A stretch of DNA of 64,000 bases from Gracilinanus agilis (GCF_016433145.1 NC_058132.1:166026044-166090043), one strand, 5' to 3'; shown: positions 11,931 to 23,930, numbered from the stretch's first letter. Program-made: numbers and translations. Notes: generated by a model not told the origin, from the sequence alone.

Positions 11931-12863
11931 TTAGAGAAAGGAAATCATTCTGAAGTGACTGAGTTTATCATTGCAGGCTTAACAGACCAACCTGAACTCC
12001 AGATACCCCTTTTCATCTTCTTCCTGGGCATCTACATGGTCACTGTGGTAGGAAATCTGGGAATGATCATCCTAATTATTCTCAGTTCCCACCTTCACAC
12101 CCCCATGTACTTTTTCCTCAGTTGTCTGTCCTTCTTTGACTTCTGTCAATCCACTGTCATCACCCCCAAAATGCTTGTGAACTTTGTATCAGAGAAGAAC
12201 ATCATCTCCTACTCTGAGTGCATATTTCAGCTCTATTTCTTCATCTTTTTAATAATTTCTGAGTATTACATGCTGGCAGTGATGGCATATGATCGCTATG
12301 TTGCCATCTGTAGCCCTCTACTCTATAATGTCATCATGTCCCATCAGGTCTGCTCCTGGTTAGTGGGTGGAGTAGTTGCTATAGCTGTGGTTGGTGCCAC
12401 AGTTCATACAGGTTGCATGCTTAGAGTTTACTTCTGCAAGGACAATATTGTGAATAATTTCTTTTGTGATCTTCTTCCCCTCTTCAAACTTTCTTGCTCT
12501 GACACCTATATCAATGAAGTAGTACTTCTGGCTTTCAGTTCATTTAACCTTTTGGTCCCAACTGTAACTATTGTTAGTTCTTATGTTTTCATCCTCTTCA
12601 GCATACTCCGTATCCAGTCCACTGCTGGCAGATCTAAAGCCTTCAGTACTTGTAGCTCCCATATGATGGCTGTTTCTCTATTCTTTGGTTCAATTGCATA
12701 CATGTATCTTCAGCCTTCTACCAACTCCATGGACCAGGGGAAAGTGTCCTCTGTGTTTTATACCATAGTTATCCCCATGCTGAACCCCCTTATCTACAGC
12801 CTCAGGAATAAAGATGTCAAGGTTGCGCTGAAGAAAATCCTAGAGAAAAGAGTATACTCATGA
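11931..12863 (+). CDS. Olfactory receptor family 8-like: open frame but no in-frame ATG at the N-terminus (start-loss pseudogene or start supplied by an upstream exon)
   Basis: Frame reads [12 protein letters not shown], with TTA at 11931 where paralogues have Met. In-frame TAA at 11895-11897 lies upstream. The 7-TM motifs are present and there are no internal stops. The ORF track starts at GTG 11955. Confidence 0.85.
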   Translation, partial: LEKGNHSEVTEFIIAGLTDQPELQIPLFIFFLGIYMVTVVGNLGMIILIILSSHLHTPMYFFLSCLSFFDFCQSTVITPKMLVNFVSEKNIISYSECIFQLYFFIFLIISEYYMLAVMAYDRYVAICSPLLYNVIMSHQVCSWLVGGVVAIAVVGATVHTGCMLRVYFCKDNIVNNFFCDLLPLFKLSCSDTYINEVVLLAFSSFNLLVPTVTIVSSYVFILFSILRIQSTAGRSKAFSTCSSHMMAVSLFFGSIAYMYLQPSTNSMDQGKVSSVFYTIVIPMLNPLIYSLRNKDVKVALKKILEKRVYS

Positions 12864-13199
12864 AAAGGGAAATGGTCATGATGATAGTATCAATCACTTT
12901 GTCAATGTTGCTTTTCTCTTACAGAAATATTATCTTGTCTTTTCATATGGCAGAATACAGTGATATGTTCCTTATTTCCACAACCCCATTCCTATCATGT
13001 CCCCTTGACTTCTGCCTCCCCTCCCAATCAGTCACATTATAGATTCTGTGTAATAATCAAGTGCAGATCTATTAGTAATGAAATGCTAAGTATCATGTAT
13101 TAAGCCAGGGTGAATGCAAGCATTTTTAGAACCTTAGTGTTGTTTTTCACTCATACTATAGAGTTACCATTCTGTAATTTCCCTTCATTCTCATAAGAA

Positions 13200-13435
13200 G
13201 CTGATTTTCTATATTTAATAGCTAACATTTGCAAAGACTATGAAGCTTATAAAATTATTTACCTACATTATCTCACTTGATCCTCACAACCTTGAGAAAA
13301 GGTACCAGTGTACAGGGAAAGCAAAGATGAAAGAGGTTAAATTATTACTGCTAGTACTAGCTTGAGGTAACAATTGAACTCATATCTTTCTGACTCTAAG
13401 TACAAAGTTATTCACTATGCCACGTAGCTGCCTTA
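13200..13435 (-). mobile_element. MIR/MIR3-like SINE (ancient)
   Basis: atagctaacatt...attatctcacttgatcctcacaac...ttgaactcatatctttctgactc matches a reverse-strand MIR. Confidence 0.6.
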
Positions 13436-13599
13436 TTGTACTAGAGAATTTTAGTTCTAAAAAGGGAGGAACTTCTAGTTTTTAAAATGAGGTATTTTAG
13501 ACCTAGCATTAATAAATGCTTTGCTCAAGATTACACATGTTGAATTAAATTGGAATTTATGCAAGGGTATTTGATTCCTGAACTACTGCTCTTTCTACT

Positions 13600-15981
13600 G
13601 TAGCATTCTATCCCCCAGATCCATCTGTCTCTCACCTTGGCCTGCCATCCACTTCGTGATCGCATTTACTCTTATCTGTTTTTCTATGCTGCACTTAGTC
13701 AGGGTTTGTGACTCATAGCCTTCTTTATGTTCCACTTCTACTCTAGCTCATTTTATTGATGTGCTACTCAGGTCACCTTATTCTCTCATTCAACTAAATT
13801 CAATGATCATTTAGTCAACATTATATATGCATAACCCAAAAGTTAGTGAGAGTTCACTCATTTGAAAGGTAGTCTCTGAGTACAGTTACAACAAATTTAT
13901 TTTTATTGATAATTTAGACAATATTTTTCTTAATTTTTAATGTCAATAATTTATTAGAGTAATATGGATACTAGATTAGTTGTGGGATATATATAATTTA
14001 TTAGATATGGACACAGATGAAAGTTTTGATGCAAACCATAAACTAAGGTGGAGTCATTTACAGCTTGGGCAAAGTTACTAAACCTAAAGAAGGAAGGGGA
14101 GAGAGAGATGATAAGATATATCTAAGTTAATATTCTCTGCCCTCAAGGAGCATGTAGTGTATTCAGAGACAACACGTACTTATATTAAATATGTAGAAGA
14201 TATTTTTGCTAGAAATACATGAAAGGAACTTGAGGAGGAAGGGTGGAGGTGAAAAGGTTTCATATACAAGGTGGTGTCTGACCTGAGCTGTCAAAAATCT
14301 AGGTATTCTAAAAGGTAGAGGGGAGGAGTGAATATATTTTAGGTAAGGGGGACAGTCAATGCAAAAGCATAGAAATTGGAGATCAACTATCATATGTGAG
14401 GAAGACTATGGGAGTCAGTCTTGCTGGATTGTAGTGTGAATGAAGGGAAGCAATATGCAATAATGCTAATATAGATTGGTGCTAAGTTGTTGAGGCTTTT
14501 AAATGATAAATGAAAACAATTATATGTGATCCTAGAATTAATGAAGTTTACTGAACAGGAGATTGGCAGGGTCATACCTAAGAATTAGGAAAATCACTTC
14601 GGCATCTATCCAAAGGATGGATTTGGAGTGGGGAAAATATCAAGTGGGGACTATTGCAGTAGTGGGGATAGAAGGGTATTGAAGAAGTTCAGGCAAAAGA
14701 TAATAAAAATCAGAACTAGATTTTTGTGTCTTCAAATTGCGAGAGGGGACAAACATGAAAGAATCTGTATAGGTAAAAATGACAAGATTTGGCAACTGTT
14801 TTTATGTGATATGAAAATGATTATTTAAAACTAAAAATGAAGTTGGAAACTTGGGTAACTGACAGGATGGTTATACTTTTCAGCAGAAATGGGGCATTTC
14901 AGAAGAGAGATGAATATGGAAGAAAGATAATTAGTTGATTTGGACAGACCGAGTTTGAGATGTCTAAGTGATATTTTCTTTGCAATGTCCAGAAGACAGC
15001 GGACAACATGAGATAACAGTTCAGGATAGGAAAAAAATATATATGCATATATATACATAGCTTGCATATCAGATAGATAGATAGATAGTTAGATAGATTT
15101 GGAAGCCATTAATAGAAAGATGATAATTCAATATTGTGCATTGAAGCTAACCAAAAAGGAAAGTATAGAGGGAAAAGAAAAAAGAACCCAGGATGAAACC
15201 AGGGGGAGGATAGTTGGTCACAAAAAGTCAAATATGGCTGAATGGAAGAACGTATAGTAAGAATGAAAATTAGTATGGCTCTTTCAATCTCATAGAACCT
15301 AAACTTGCCTAATGAAATCCTTATCCAACTAATTTTTGTTTATTGATTGACCAAGATCAGTCACTGAGCCTCCATATGACCTTTTTTTTTTTTTAATTTC
15401 TTTCATGAAGGCATTATCCTGTCTTATTAGTGGCCAGGATAGGGGGCTGCTCCAAGAAAGAATTTCACAAACATAATGCAGAAACTGGAGGAAGAAGGAG
15501 TATGAGTATCAAAATGGAACAGCTAAAAGTCACTCTCAATTATATTCTCTTAAACCTGGGAGTCTGGGGGAACCTTGAAAGTCATCTAGTTTGATGCTTG
15601 CATTTTGTAGATGTAGAACTAAGGTCCACAGAGTTTAAATGACTTATCCAGGATAATAGATCTAGAAAGTAGTTGAAGTGAGATTTTAACCCTGGTCCTG
15701 CTAACTCCAAGTCAAATGCATTTACTCTCAATGTGTGGTTAAAAGCTCCATTTTATTTTCCATCAGCTATATATTTCCTATGCTAGTACAAAGTGACACA
15801 CAGCTTTCATGTCAAATATGACTATGGAGTTAGAAGAATTACTTAGTGTCCATGAGGGTCTGAGAGGTAGATGTAAAGGGAATGAGAGAGAACAAGGATG
15901 AGTCTACCTTTCTGTGTGAGCCTCTGATGGATGATGACGATTATTGGGAGTCTCTCTAAAGTAATACCTTTTTCCTATTCA
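13600..15981 (+). pseudogene. Ghost OR locus: diverged duplicate of the third OR's upstream region (~22010-24678) with no coding exon
   Basis: Collinear blocks: ctcaccttggcctgccatccac (13630) / ctccaccttggcatcaatccac (22037); the L2 segment 14120-15230 / 22820-23930; cagctaaaagtca; gagagagaacaagga / gagagaaaacaagga; ctctaaagtaatacctttttcctattc / ctctaaagtagtacttctttcctatcc. Homology ends just before the acceptor AG. The 13600-14100 part is the least certain. Confidence 0.75.
14120..15230 (-). mobile_element. L2 fragment (ancient), part of the duplicated block
   Basis: Purine-rich reverse-strand L2 sequence (ctgccctcaaggagc...gagtttgagatgtc...). Carries a (GATA)n microsatellite at ~15071-15098 that is absent from the paralogous copy. 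Confidence 0.65.
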
Positions 15982-17916
15982 TAATGGATATTGCAATGAT
16001 TGTGGCACAAATGTAACTTTTTTCCAGCTATTTACTCAGAGCTCTCTAAGGATGTCTATGCAAATGCCACTTTTAAAGTGATCTCCCAGGCCCTTTTCTT
16101 CCTAGACATGCAAAGTTTTTTTGCGTTTTTTTTCCCCTCATACAGGATTCATTGCAGTCCTGAGATTGTAGACTTAAGAGAAGGTCCTTTGCACAGTCTG
16201 AGACTGTAGCAGAGTGAAGACTAGGTATCACAATGGTTGCCCAATCTAGAGATGCAGGCGATACATTCAGATCAGGATATGTGGATATGTAGATAGGTAG
16301 GAAACAGCTAGAGAACTGCACCAAGTTCTTTTAGTCCATCTTCTGCATCAGGACACAAATCAACTTAATGTTTTCAAAAACACCTAGCAAGATAATTCAC
16401 ACCTCCTAAATCACTTTCAAAACTATGATATAATAAAGTGTAAAGAATCCTGAAAATGGAGTCAGGAAAATCGGTTTTGGATCTTCAGACACTTGATATG
16501 TGGTCCTAGAGAAGTCACCAAATCTCTCTGGGCCTCAGTTTATTTTTCTGTAAAATAAGGGACAGAATGATTCCATGTCTTTGCAAATCCCCTCAAGTTC
16601 TAAATCTGTGATCCTGCGATTTATGATCCTTCATGATTAACTAAAATCCATTTTTGACTTCTGAAAAATTAGTGAAAAAGTATGTTGGGGAAGAAGAGAA
16701 ACAAATTTGCCTATTTCCACTGGTATGGAGAAGCTTGGCATGAGACATGTTTGTTTATGTTCACATTGATGCCCATCAATTCATACAGATTGATATACAG
16801 ATATACCGATATGGATATGAATAAAACACTGGCCTCAAATCTTCGTTTTCAGATGCCAAAACACAGAGAGACTTCTCTGCTCATCTGATATCTTCCTAAT
16901 TCAAAGAACTATTAAAATGAACTAAAAAAAGATCATGAGGATCCAGATTATGATTTCTGTTTATCACTATTTAATTTATTTCATAGTTAAAAAACATATC
17001 TGCAGAACAATTAACTCAACATAAGCCATAGAAGATAAACTGATACAGTGAGGAAAATATCAAAGGAACTGGGAATACAGCAAATATCTGGCTTCTTGGT
17101 ATGACCCTGGGCAAGTCACTTAACCTCATTTTGCCTCAGTCTCTTCAGAATAACAATAGCAGTACCTCCCATTTGTGAGGATCAAATGAGATAATAATTG
17201 TAAGCAAGAATATAAATGTTAACTGCTACTATTATTATTATTCCTGAAGTTTACTCATTGATCTGTGACAGGATACTTAGAAAGTAAAGTGAATGAAATG
17301 AATAACCATTTTTTCCTTATTATGTCTAACTTTTTATGCTTTGATATTTTGTCTACTCTCACCTAACCCAGTTATCTACCCATGTCCTCTAATACTACTC
17401 AAATTAAGCCTTTCCTTCTAGTAAGTCTCATTTTTTCATATTTCACGCACTTTACACATTCATTGTGTTCCCTAGCTTTGCTCAGGTAATTCCATTTAAC
17501 CAGAATGTCCTTTCTTCATGCTAAATATCAAATTTTACCTCTTTTTCTAAGAATGGATCAATTTTCACCCTCTCAGTGAAGCCTATATCAAAGGTGCTTA
17601 TATAAGTTAACATTCATATTAGCACTTAATTTCATAATTTTGAATAGAATTAAAATTATTCCATTGGTATCATCATGTCTCAAATTACTAAATTGAACCA
17701 GTTTAAGGCAGTAAACAGTTGTGCTTCATATCGATGTCCCTCAACTAAGGGCCACAGGTATAATTTATGTTTAATAAATATACTGATGTGTTAATTGATG
17801 GTCCTCATTTATTGAGAAGGTAAGGAGGTACAAGATGATGGAAGAGTCACTTTATTTCACCATGATGCCTCAATACAAGCAAAATTTCTGGGTCTATTAT
17901 TTCATGCAATAATTTT

Positions 17917-18123
17917 TTTTATTTTTTTTAAAACCCTTACCTTCCGTCTTGGAGTCAATACTGTGTATTGGCTCCAAGGCAGAAGAGTGGTAAGGGTAGG
18001 CAATGGGGGTCAAGTGACTTGCCCAGGGTCACCCAGCTAGGAAGCATCTGAGGCCGGATTTGAACCTAGGACCTCCCATCTCTAGGCCTGGCTCTCAATC
18101 CACTGAACTACCCAGCTGCCCCC
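17917..18123 (-). mobile_element. Young SINE (SINE1_Mdo-like) with 15 bp TSD
   Basis: TSD tcatgcaataatttt at 17902-17916 and 18124-18138. Reverse-strand tRNA head and poly(T) tail. Confidence 0.92.
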
Positions 18124-18244
18124 TCATGCAATAATTTTAAGGATGACCCATTTTTCTTCTTTTGGTGCTTTTCCTAAAATCAAATAAGAGACTATGAACA
18201 TGCTGAAAGAATAGAATAAGTTTCTTCTAATATGTCTTCTTGAC

Positions 18245-19790
18245 TTTTTTATAATTTATTTTTGTTTTTTATATATAACATAATATACTATGTAACATTA
18301 TTCATTATAAATTTGTAATAAATATGCTTATCCAAGAGAAACAAATTCTCACATTAATTATATTCAAAAATGTCTCATTCTTTTCTTCCCCATCCATTCC
18401 ATTTTCTCACTTCCCAAGAAAGCAGTCTGCATATATATGTATGAACATAAATATATTATATATATGAACATACATATATTTCCCTGCTTGTCATATTGTG
18501 AAATAAGACCAATATTGCTTACACTAGAGAAAAATTTATTGAGGAAATCAATTGAAAAACGGTATGCTTCAACCTGCCTTCAAACTCTATCTGTTCCTTC
18601 TATGGAGGTGGACAGCCCTTTTCACATTGAGACCCTTGGATCCTTCTTGTGTTGAAAAAATTGAGTCACCCACAGTTGATAATTATGTACTATTATTGTT
18701 ATTATGTGCAAGGATCTCCTGATTCTGTTTATTTCACTTTGCATCACTTCATAGATGTCTTTCCAGGATTTTATGTGATCATTTTATTTGTCATTTCTTA
18801 AGGCACAATAGTATTCTATTAAAATTATATACCACAACTTTTCCAACCATTCCCCAATTGAGGGACATCCCTTCAGTTTCCAGTTCTTTACCACCACAAA
18901 GAACTGCTATAACTATTTTAGAGCATATTCTTTTCCTTTTTTCTTGATCATTTTAGGAAATCTAATTGTGGTATTAGTTCTAGGTATATTACTTAATCAA
19001 AAGGTATATGCAGTTTTAAAACTCTGAGTATAATTCCAAATTGTTCTTCAAAATGGTTTCAGAAATTCACAGTTCCACCAACTATGTATTAGCATTCCTA
19101 TTTTCCATATCCTCCTCAACATTTGCAATTTTGTCCTTTTATCACTTTAGATGTTAAATAGTATTAAAGAGTTGTTTTAATTTGCATTTCTCTAGTCATT
19201 AATGATTTCGAGTTATTTTCAGATAGTTACATATAGCTTGGACTTCTAAATCAAAAAACTATCTTTTCATATTTTTGACCATTTATCATTTGATGAATGG
19301 TTCAGACTCATATATTTGACAAAGTTCTCTAAATATTTTAGGTATTAGAACTCTATCAAAGAAACTGTCCAAGATATTTCCCAACTTATTGTTTTCACTC
19401 TACTCTTGGATAGATTAGTTTTATTTGCACAAAAACTTCAATTTAATGAATACAAAATTATTTTGCAATTCAAAATACTTATATCTCTTGTTCATTTATT
19501 AATTATTTTTCTATCCATAGATAATATGTTCCCTATTCTTCTAATTTTTATGACAGGTCATGTATCTTTCTTTTATTCTATTTAGAAAAATGGTGCAAAA
19601 CATTAGTCTCTATCTAATTTCTGCCAAATTGCCTTCTAGTTTTTTTAATAATTTTTATGAAATAGTGAACACTTATTACCAAAACTTGGAACTTTATCCT
19701 TGTCAAACATAAGATTACTATAATATTTTAAGACTATTTGTGGTATGTTTATTCTGTACTACTAATCTACTTTTCTATTTCTTAACAAGT
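18245..19790 (-). mobile_element. Old L1 3' portion
   Basis: Reverse-strand ORF2 C-terminal and 3'UTR motifs (caaccattccccaattgagggacatccc..., gttgttttaatttgcatttctctag). Confidence 0.8.
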
Positions 19791-20374
19791 ACCAGATTTT
19801 CTTTTTATTCATGATTTCTGGACATTTTGAATTTTAAAATTGTTTCTCTCACAGAGTCATATTCACCTGTGAGGATATATTAAGTAGACTTTTATCCTGT
19901 GTCAAACATCTATGTAAAAAATTTTAGTACAAAGTCAAAAGGAGAGAGTTGGAACATACATGTGAAATTTCTTTTAAAAAATCTTTGAGGTGTTATTGCA
20001 TAAAATGTATTATTGAATAAACTTCCATATAAAAACCCAATGAAATCAATATTTGTTTAATGAAAAAGCAATAATCATACAAACAACTCGCTATACAGAG
20101 CACTTTACCAACATTACTGAATAGCAAATGGTATTCTGTTATTATCTTGTCATAAACTGAAGATACTGAAGAGGCTGGTCAATATGATATGAATGAAACA
20201 ATTGCAGCCATGGCTTAAGGAATTGGAATTCAACATTTGACTCTCATTTTTAGATTAAATATAATTCATAATTAGCATAGTACCTGGCACATAGTGTTTA
20301 ATAAATGTGTGTTACCTTGTTGTTGACATGAGAACAAACTGATAAAGGCTTAACTGCAATTCTTACTAATTTAA

Positions 20375-21690
20375 GGATATCCATTCATATCCAAACCTTT
20401 AAGTGTTTTAATAGGAATGTGCTGTATTTTGTCAAAAGATTTTTCTGTATCTATTGATATAAATTACTTTGGTGATGTAACCAATTATATTAAACATTTC
20501 CCATGTAAAATTATATCTATATAATTGGCATAAAACCTGTTTGGTTATTATTTATAATTTTGATGACATATTGTTGTAGTCTCCTGACTAATATTTTATT
20601 TAGAATTTTTACATCCATATTCATTAATGGAATTGGTCTATAATTTTCTTCCTCTGTTTTTTATCTTACTGGTTTAGATATAATCTATGTATTTGTTTCA
20701 TGAAATGGGTTTGGTAGAATTTCTTCTTCACCAGTTGTCCTAAATAATTTATTTGATATTAGAACAAGATGATCTTTAAATATTTGATAAAATTCAATTG
20801 AAAATCCATCTGGCCCTGAGGCTTTTTTCTTAAGAAGTCCTTTCATAACCTGTACAATTTCATTTTCTATAATAGGTTTATTTAAATATTCTGTTTCCTC
20901 CTCTTTTGTGTAGGTGATTCATATTTTGTAAGTATTTATCCATTTTATTTAATATTTAATTTATTGACATATAATTAGGCAAGATAATTACTAATAATTG
21001 TTTTTATTTCATTTTCATTACTGTAAGTTCACCTTTTTTCATTTTCGAGGCTAGTGATTTGGTTTTCTTCTCACTCTTTTTAAATCATATTAGTCAATGA
21101 TTTGTCCCATTTGGTTTTTTCATGAAACTGCCTTAATTTTATTTATTAATTCAATAGTTTTTGTACATTCAGGTTTATTCATCTAAACCTTTAATTTTTA
21201 GGTTTTCCAATTTAGTATTTAATTAGGGATTTTTAAAACCCTTACCTTCTGGCTTAAAACCAATACTGTGTGCCTCAGTGGACAGAGAATCAGGCCTACT
21301 CACTTAATCCCCATTGCCTAGTCCTTATCACTCTTCTACCTTGGAGCCAATATTTAGTATTGATTCTAACATGGAAAGTAAGGGTTTTTTTTAAATCAAT
21401 ACTCTGAATCTGTTCCAAGTCAGAAGAGTGGTAAGGGCTAGCAAGGGGGTTAAAGTGACTTGCCCAGGGTAAGAGCTAGGAAAGTGTCTGAGGTCAGATT
21501 TGAACCCAGGACCTCCCATCTCTGGGACTGGCTCTCAATCCACTGAACTATGAAGGGGTATCCCCAATTTGTTTTTGTTTTCAGTCTTTTAGTTGTATAT
21601 TCAATTCATCCATCTATTCTTTCTCTATTTTCTTAATATAAGTATTTAAATATATAAATTTTCTTTTAATTATTGCTTGAGACATTGGAC
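20375..21690 (-). mobile_element. Old L1 ORF2 fragment, interrupted by nested SINEs
   Basis: Reverse-strand RT-region motifs (ttttgtcaaaagatttttctgtatctattgat, aaatccatctggccctgaggc). Confidence 0.7.
21231..21552. mobile_element. Nested SINEs: minus-strand SINE interrupted by an internally deleted plus-strand SINE (~21273-21392)
   Basis: Minus-strand tail 21231-21272 resumes at ~21393. Degenerate TSD aaaccaatactgtg (21257-21270) / aaatcaatactctg (21393-21406). Confidence 0.7.
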
Positions 21691-22189
21691 AAAAGGCCAG
21701 AAAAAAAGATATTTTCACTATATTTTTCTCCTTCAGCTCCTTTTCTGAAAAAGATACCTTTCTGAACCCACTTTTACATAATGGAAGGCAAAGAAAATGA
21801 TCAATTTATTTATGCTATTATGTGATTAATGGAAATCAATAGGAAAGGGAAGGAAGGAAGAAGGGAGGGGAGAAAGAAGAGGGGAAGTGGAAGAAGGGAA
21901 GGAGGGAAATAAATACACTATTGCATCTTTTTTTTCCATTACTTCAAATTTCCCAGAAATGTTTCATCTTTAGGAAAGTACTAGTAAGAGACTCATTCTA
22001 AATCTTTAGTGTGATGTGTCTGAATCAATCCTACCACTCCACCTTGGCATCAATCCACAAGCCAGGTTACAGCAGGGAATTCTTCCCTCCAGAGGAAATC
22101 TATTAAACAAGAAGAGATGAAAGGGGTGTGCCAAGTTAAAAAAGAAGAGACAAACACCAGTGATTTCTTCCCAACACTGCTGGATATTT

Positions 22190-22645
22190 ACTGAGGTAAG
22201 ACCTGGGGGATCCACTGTCTCAGAACCCCTAATAAGGTCCAAGGAATTTGCAATTGAAGGCTCAGACTCTCATATTGATTAATTAAGACTGGAGAGATTA
22301 TGGTAAGATAAGCACATTTATACACTGGTGGTCAACCTATGAATAAATAGAATTAATAAAAATTATTTTATTAATTTGGAAATTTACAAATAATAAGTGG
22401 TTATATCAACCAATTCTTCTGCTAAAACTGAGAAGTTATATTTTTCTTTCATGTATTATTAGACAGTTATCTGAAATGATGATTCCAGTATTTGTCTCCT
22501 CAAGATAAAGACATGTTTATCTTGTTTTCACAAAAGAAGCAGAAGGATCAGAGCCAGAGATTATTGCTGATTGCCCCATTAAGGCCATTTCTCATTTGTA
22601 TATTGTGTCAAAGACAGTAGAAGGCTTAATATTAGAAGGTAAGTA
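22190..22645 (+). promoter_or_regulatory. Candidate promoter and 5' non-coding exons of the third OR
   Basis: Donors GAG|GTAAGA (22195), ATG|GTAAGA (22302) and AAG|GTAAGT (22638). TAATAAGGTCCAAGGA at 22230-22245. Possible acceptor near 22536. Confidence 0.4.
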
Positions 22646-22759
22646 TATGACTCACATTTCCTGGTTCATCTTTCTGAACTCAAAGCTAGGGGAGCTCAGT
22701 GCTACTGAAGGTTTTGCCCATTCTCTTTCACTTTCCACTAACTATGACTAGTGAAATGC

Positions 22760-23930
22760 TGGTGACTCAAAGAACAAGCACTCACTAAGTATTTACAATG
22801 TACTAGGTGGTTGGATAGAGACAAAAGTTATATATTTTCCTCAGTGACGGACCTTGCAATTTAGCCAGAGACAGCGTGCACTTATATCAAACACATAGAA
22901 GATAACTTTTGTAGGAAAAGTATTAGGAACTGAGGATGGGGACAGGACAGAAAAAGTTTCATGTAGAAGGTGGTACTTGATCTGCGCCATGCAGAAATCT
23001 AGGGATTCTAAAAGGCAGAAGTGAAGAGTTAGTATATTTCTGATATCGGAGACAACCAGCATAATGGCATAGAAAATGGAGATGAACAGTTGTGGATAAG
23101 GAAACTATAATGTACATTAAGGGGGCAATATGCAATAAGGCTTGGAAGGATAGGTTGGTGCTAAGCTGTGGAAGTCTCTAAATCACAAATGGAAAATGTT
23201 ATATTTGATCCTAGAGGTAATGAAAGTTATGGAATAGAAAGAAGATTGGCATAGTCACACCTGAGAATTAGGAAAAATCACTTCTTTGCCTATACAAAGA
23301 ATAGATTAGAGTGGGGAAATATCAAGTAGGAGACTGTTGCAATAGAGGAGACAGAAGGGTATTTTAGAAGTTCAGCCAAAAGGTAATAAGAACCAGAACA
23401 AAGTCATTGGGTATGTAAGGGAAGAGAGGAGACAAATGTTGTAAAGGTAAAAATGAAAAGATTTAGCAACTGTTTTGATATATGGGACTAAATGAAAATT
23501 TAAGAATGATCATGAACCTGGGTAACTGAGAGGATAGTGATGGTTTCAGAAGAAATGGGGCAGTTCAGAAGAGAGATGAATATTGAGGAAAAGATATGGA
23601 GCAGCTTTGCTCATTTTGAATTTGAGATGTCTAAGAGATTTTTTTAATGTCCAAGAGACAACTAGTGATGATGTGGGATGACAGCTCAAGATAGAAACTA
23701 GGGCTGCATATAATTTGGAAGTCATTAACATAAAGATGAAAATTAAATGCCTGTGAGTTGATAAAGTCTACCAAAAAGGAAAATGTAGAGGGAAAAGTAA
23801 AATAAATTCAGGATAGAATTAAGGGGAGGGTAGTTAGTGGGTATGATATAGGTGTTGTTCCAGCAAAAAAGACTTGAGAAGGATTACTCAGACGGATAGG
23901 AGGAGAACCATGAGGGAGCAGTGTCACGAA
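22760..23930 (-). mobile_element. L2 fragment (ancient), paralogous to 14120-15230
   Basis: Reverse-strand L2 terminus (caagcactcactaagtatttac) and body, collinear with the ghost-locus copy. Confidence 0.65.
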
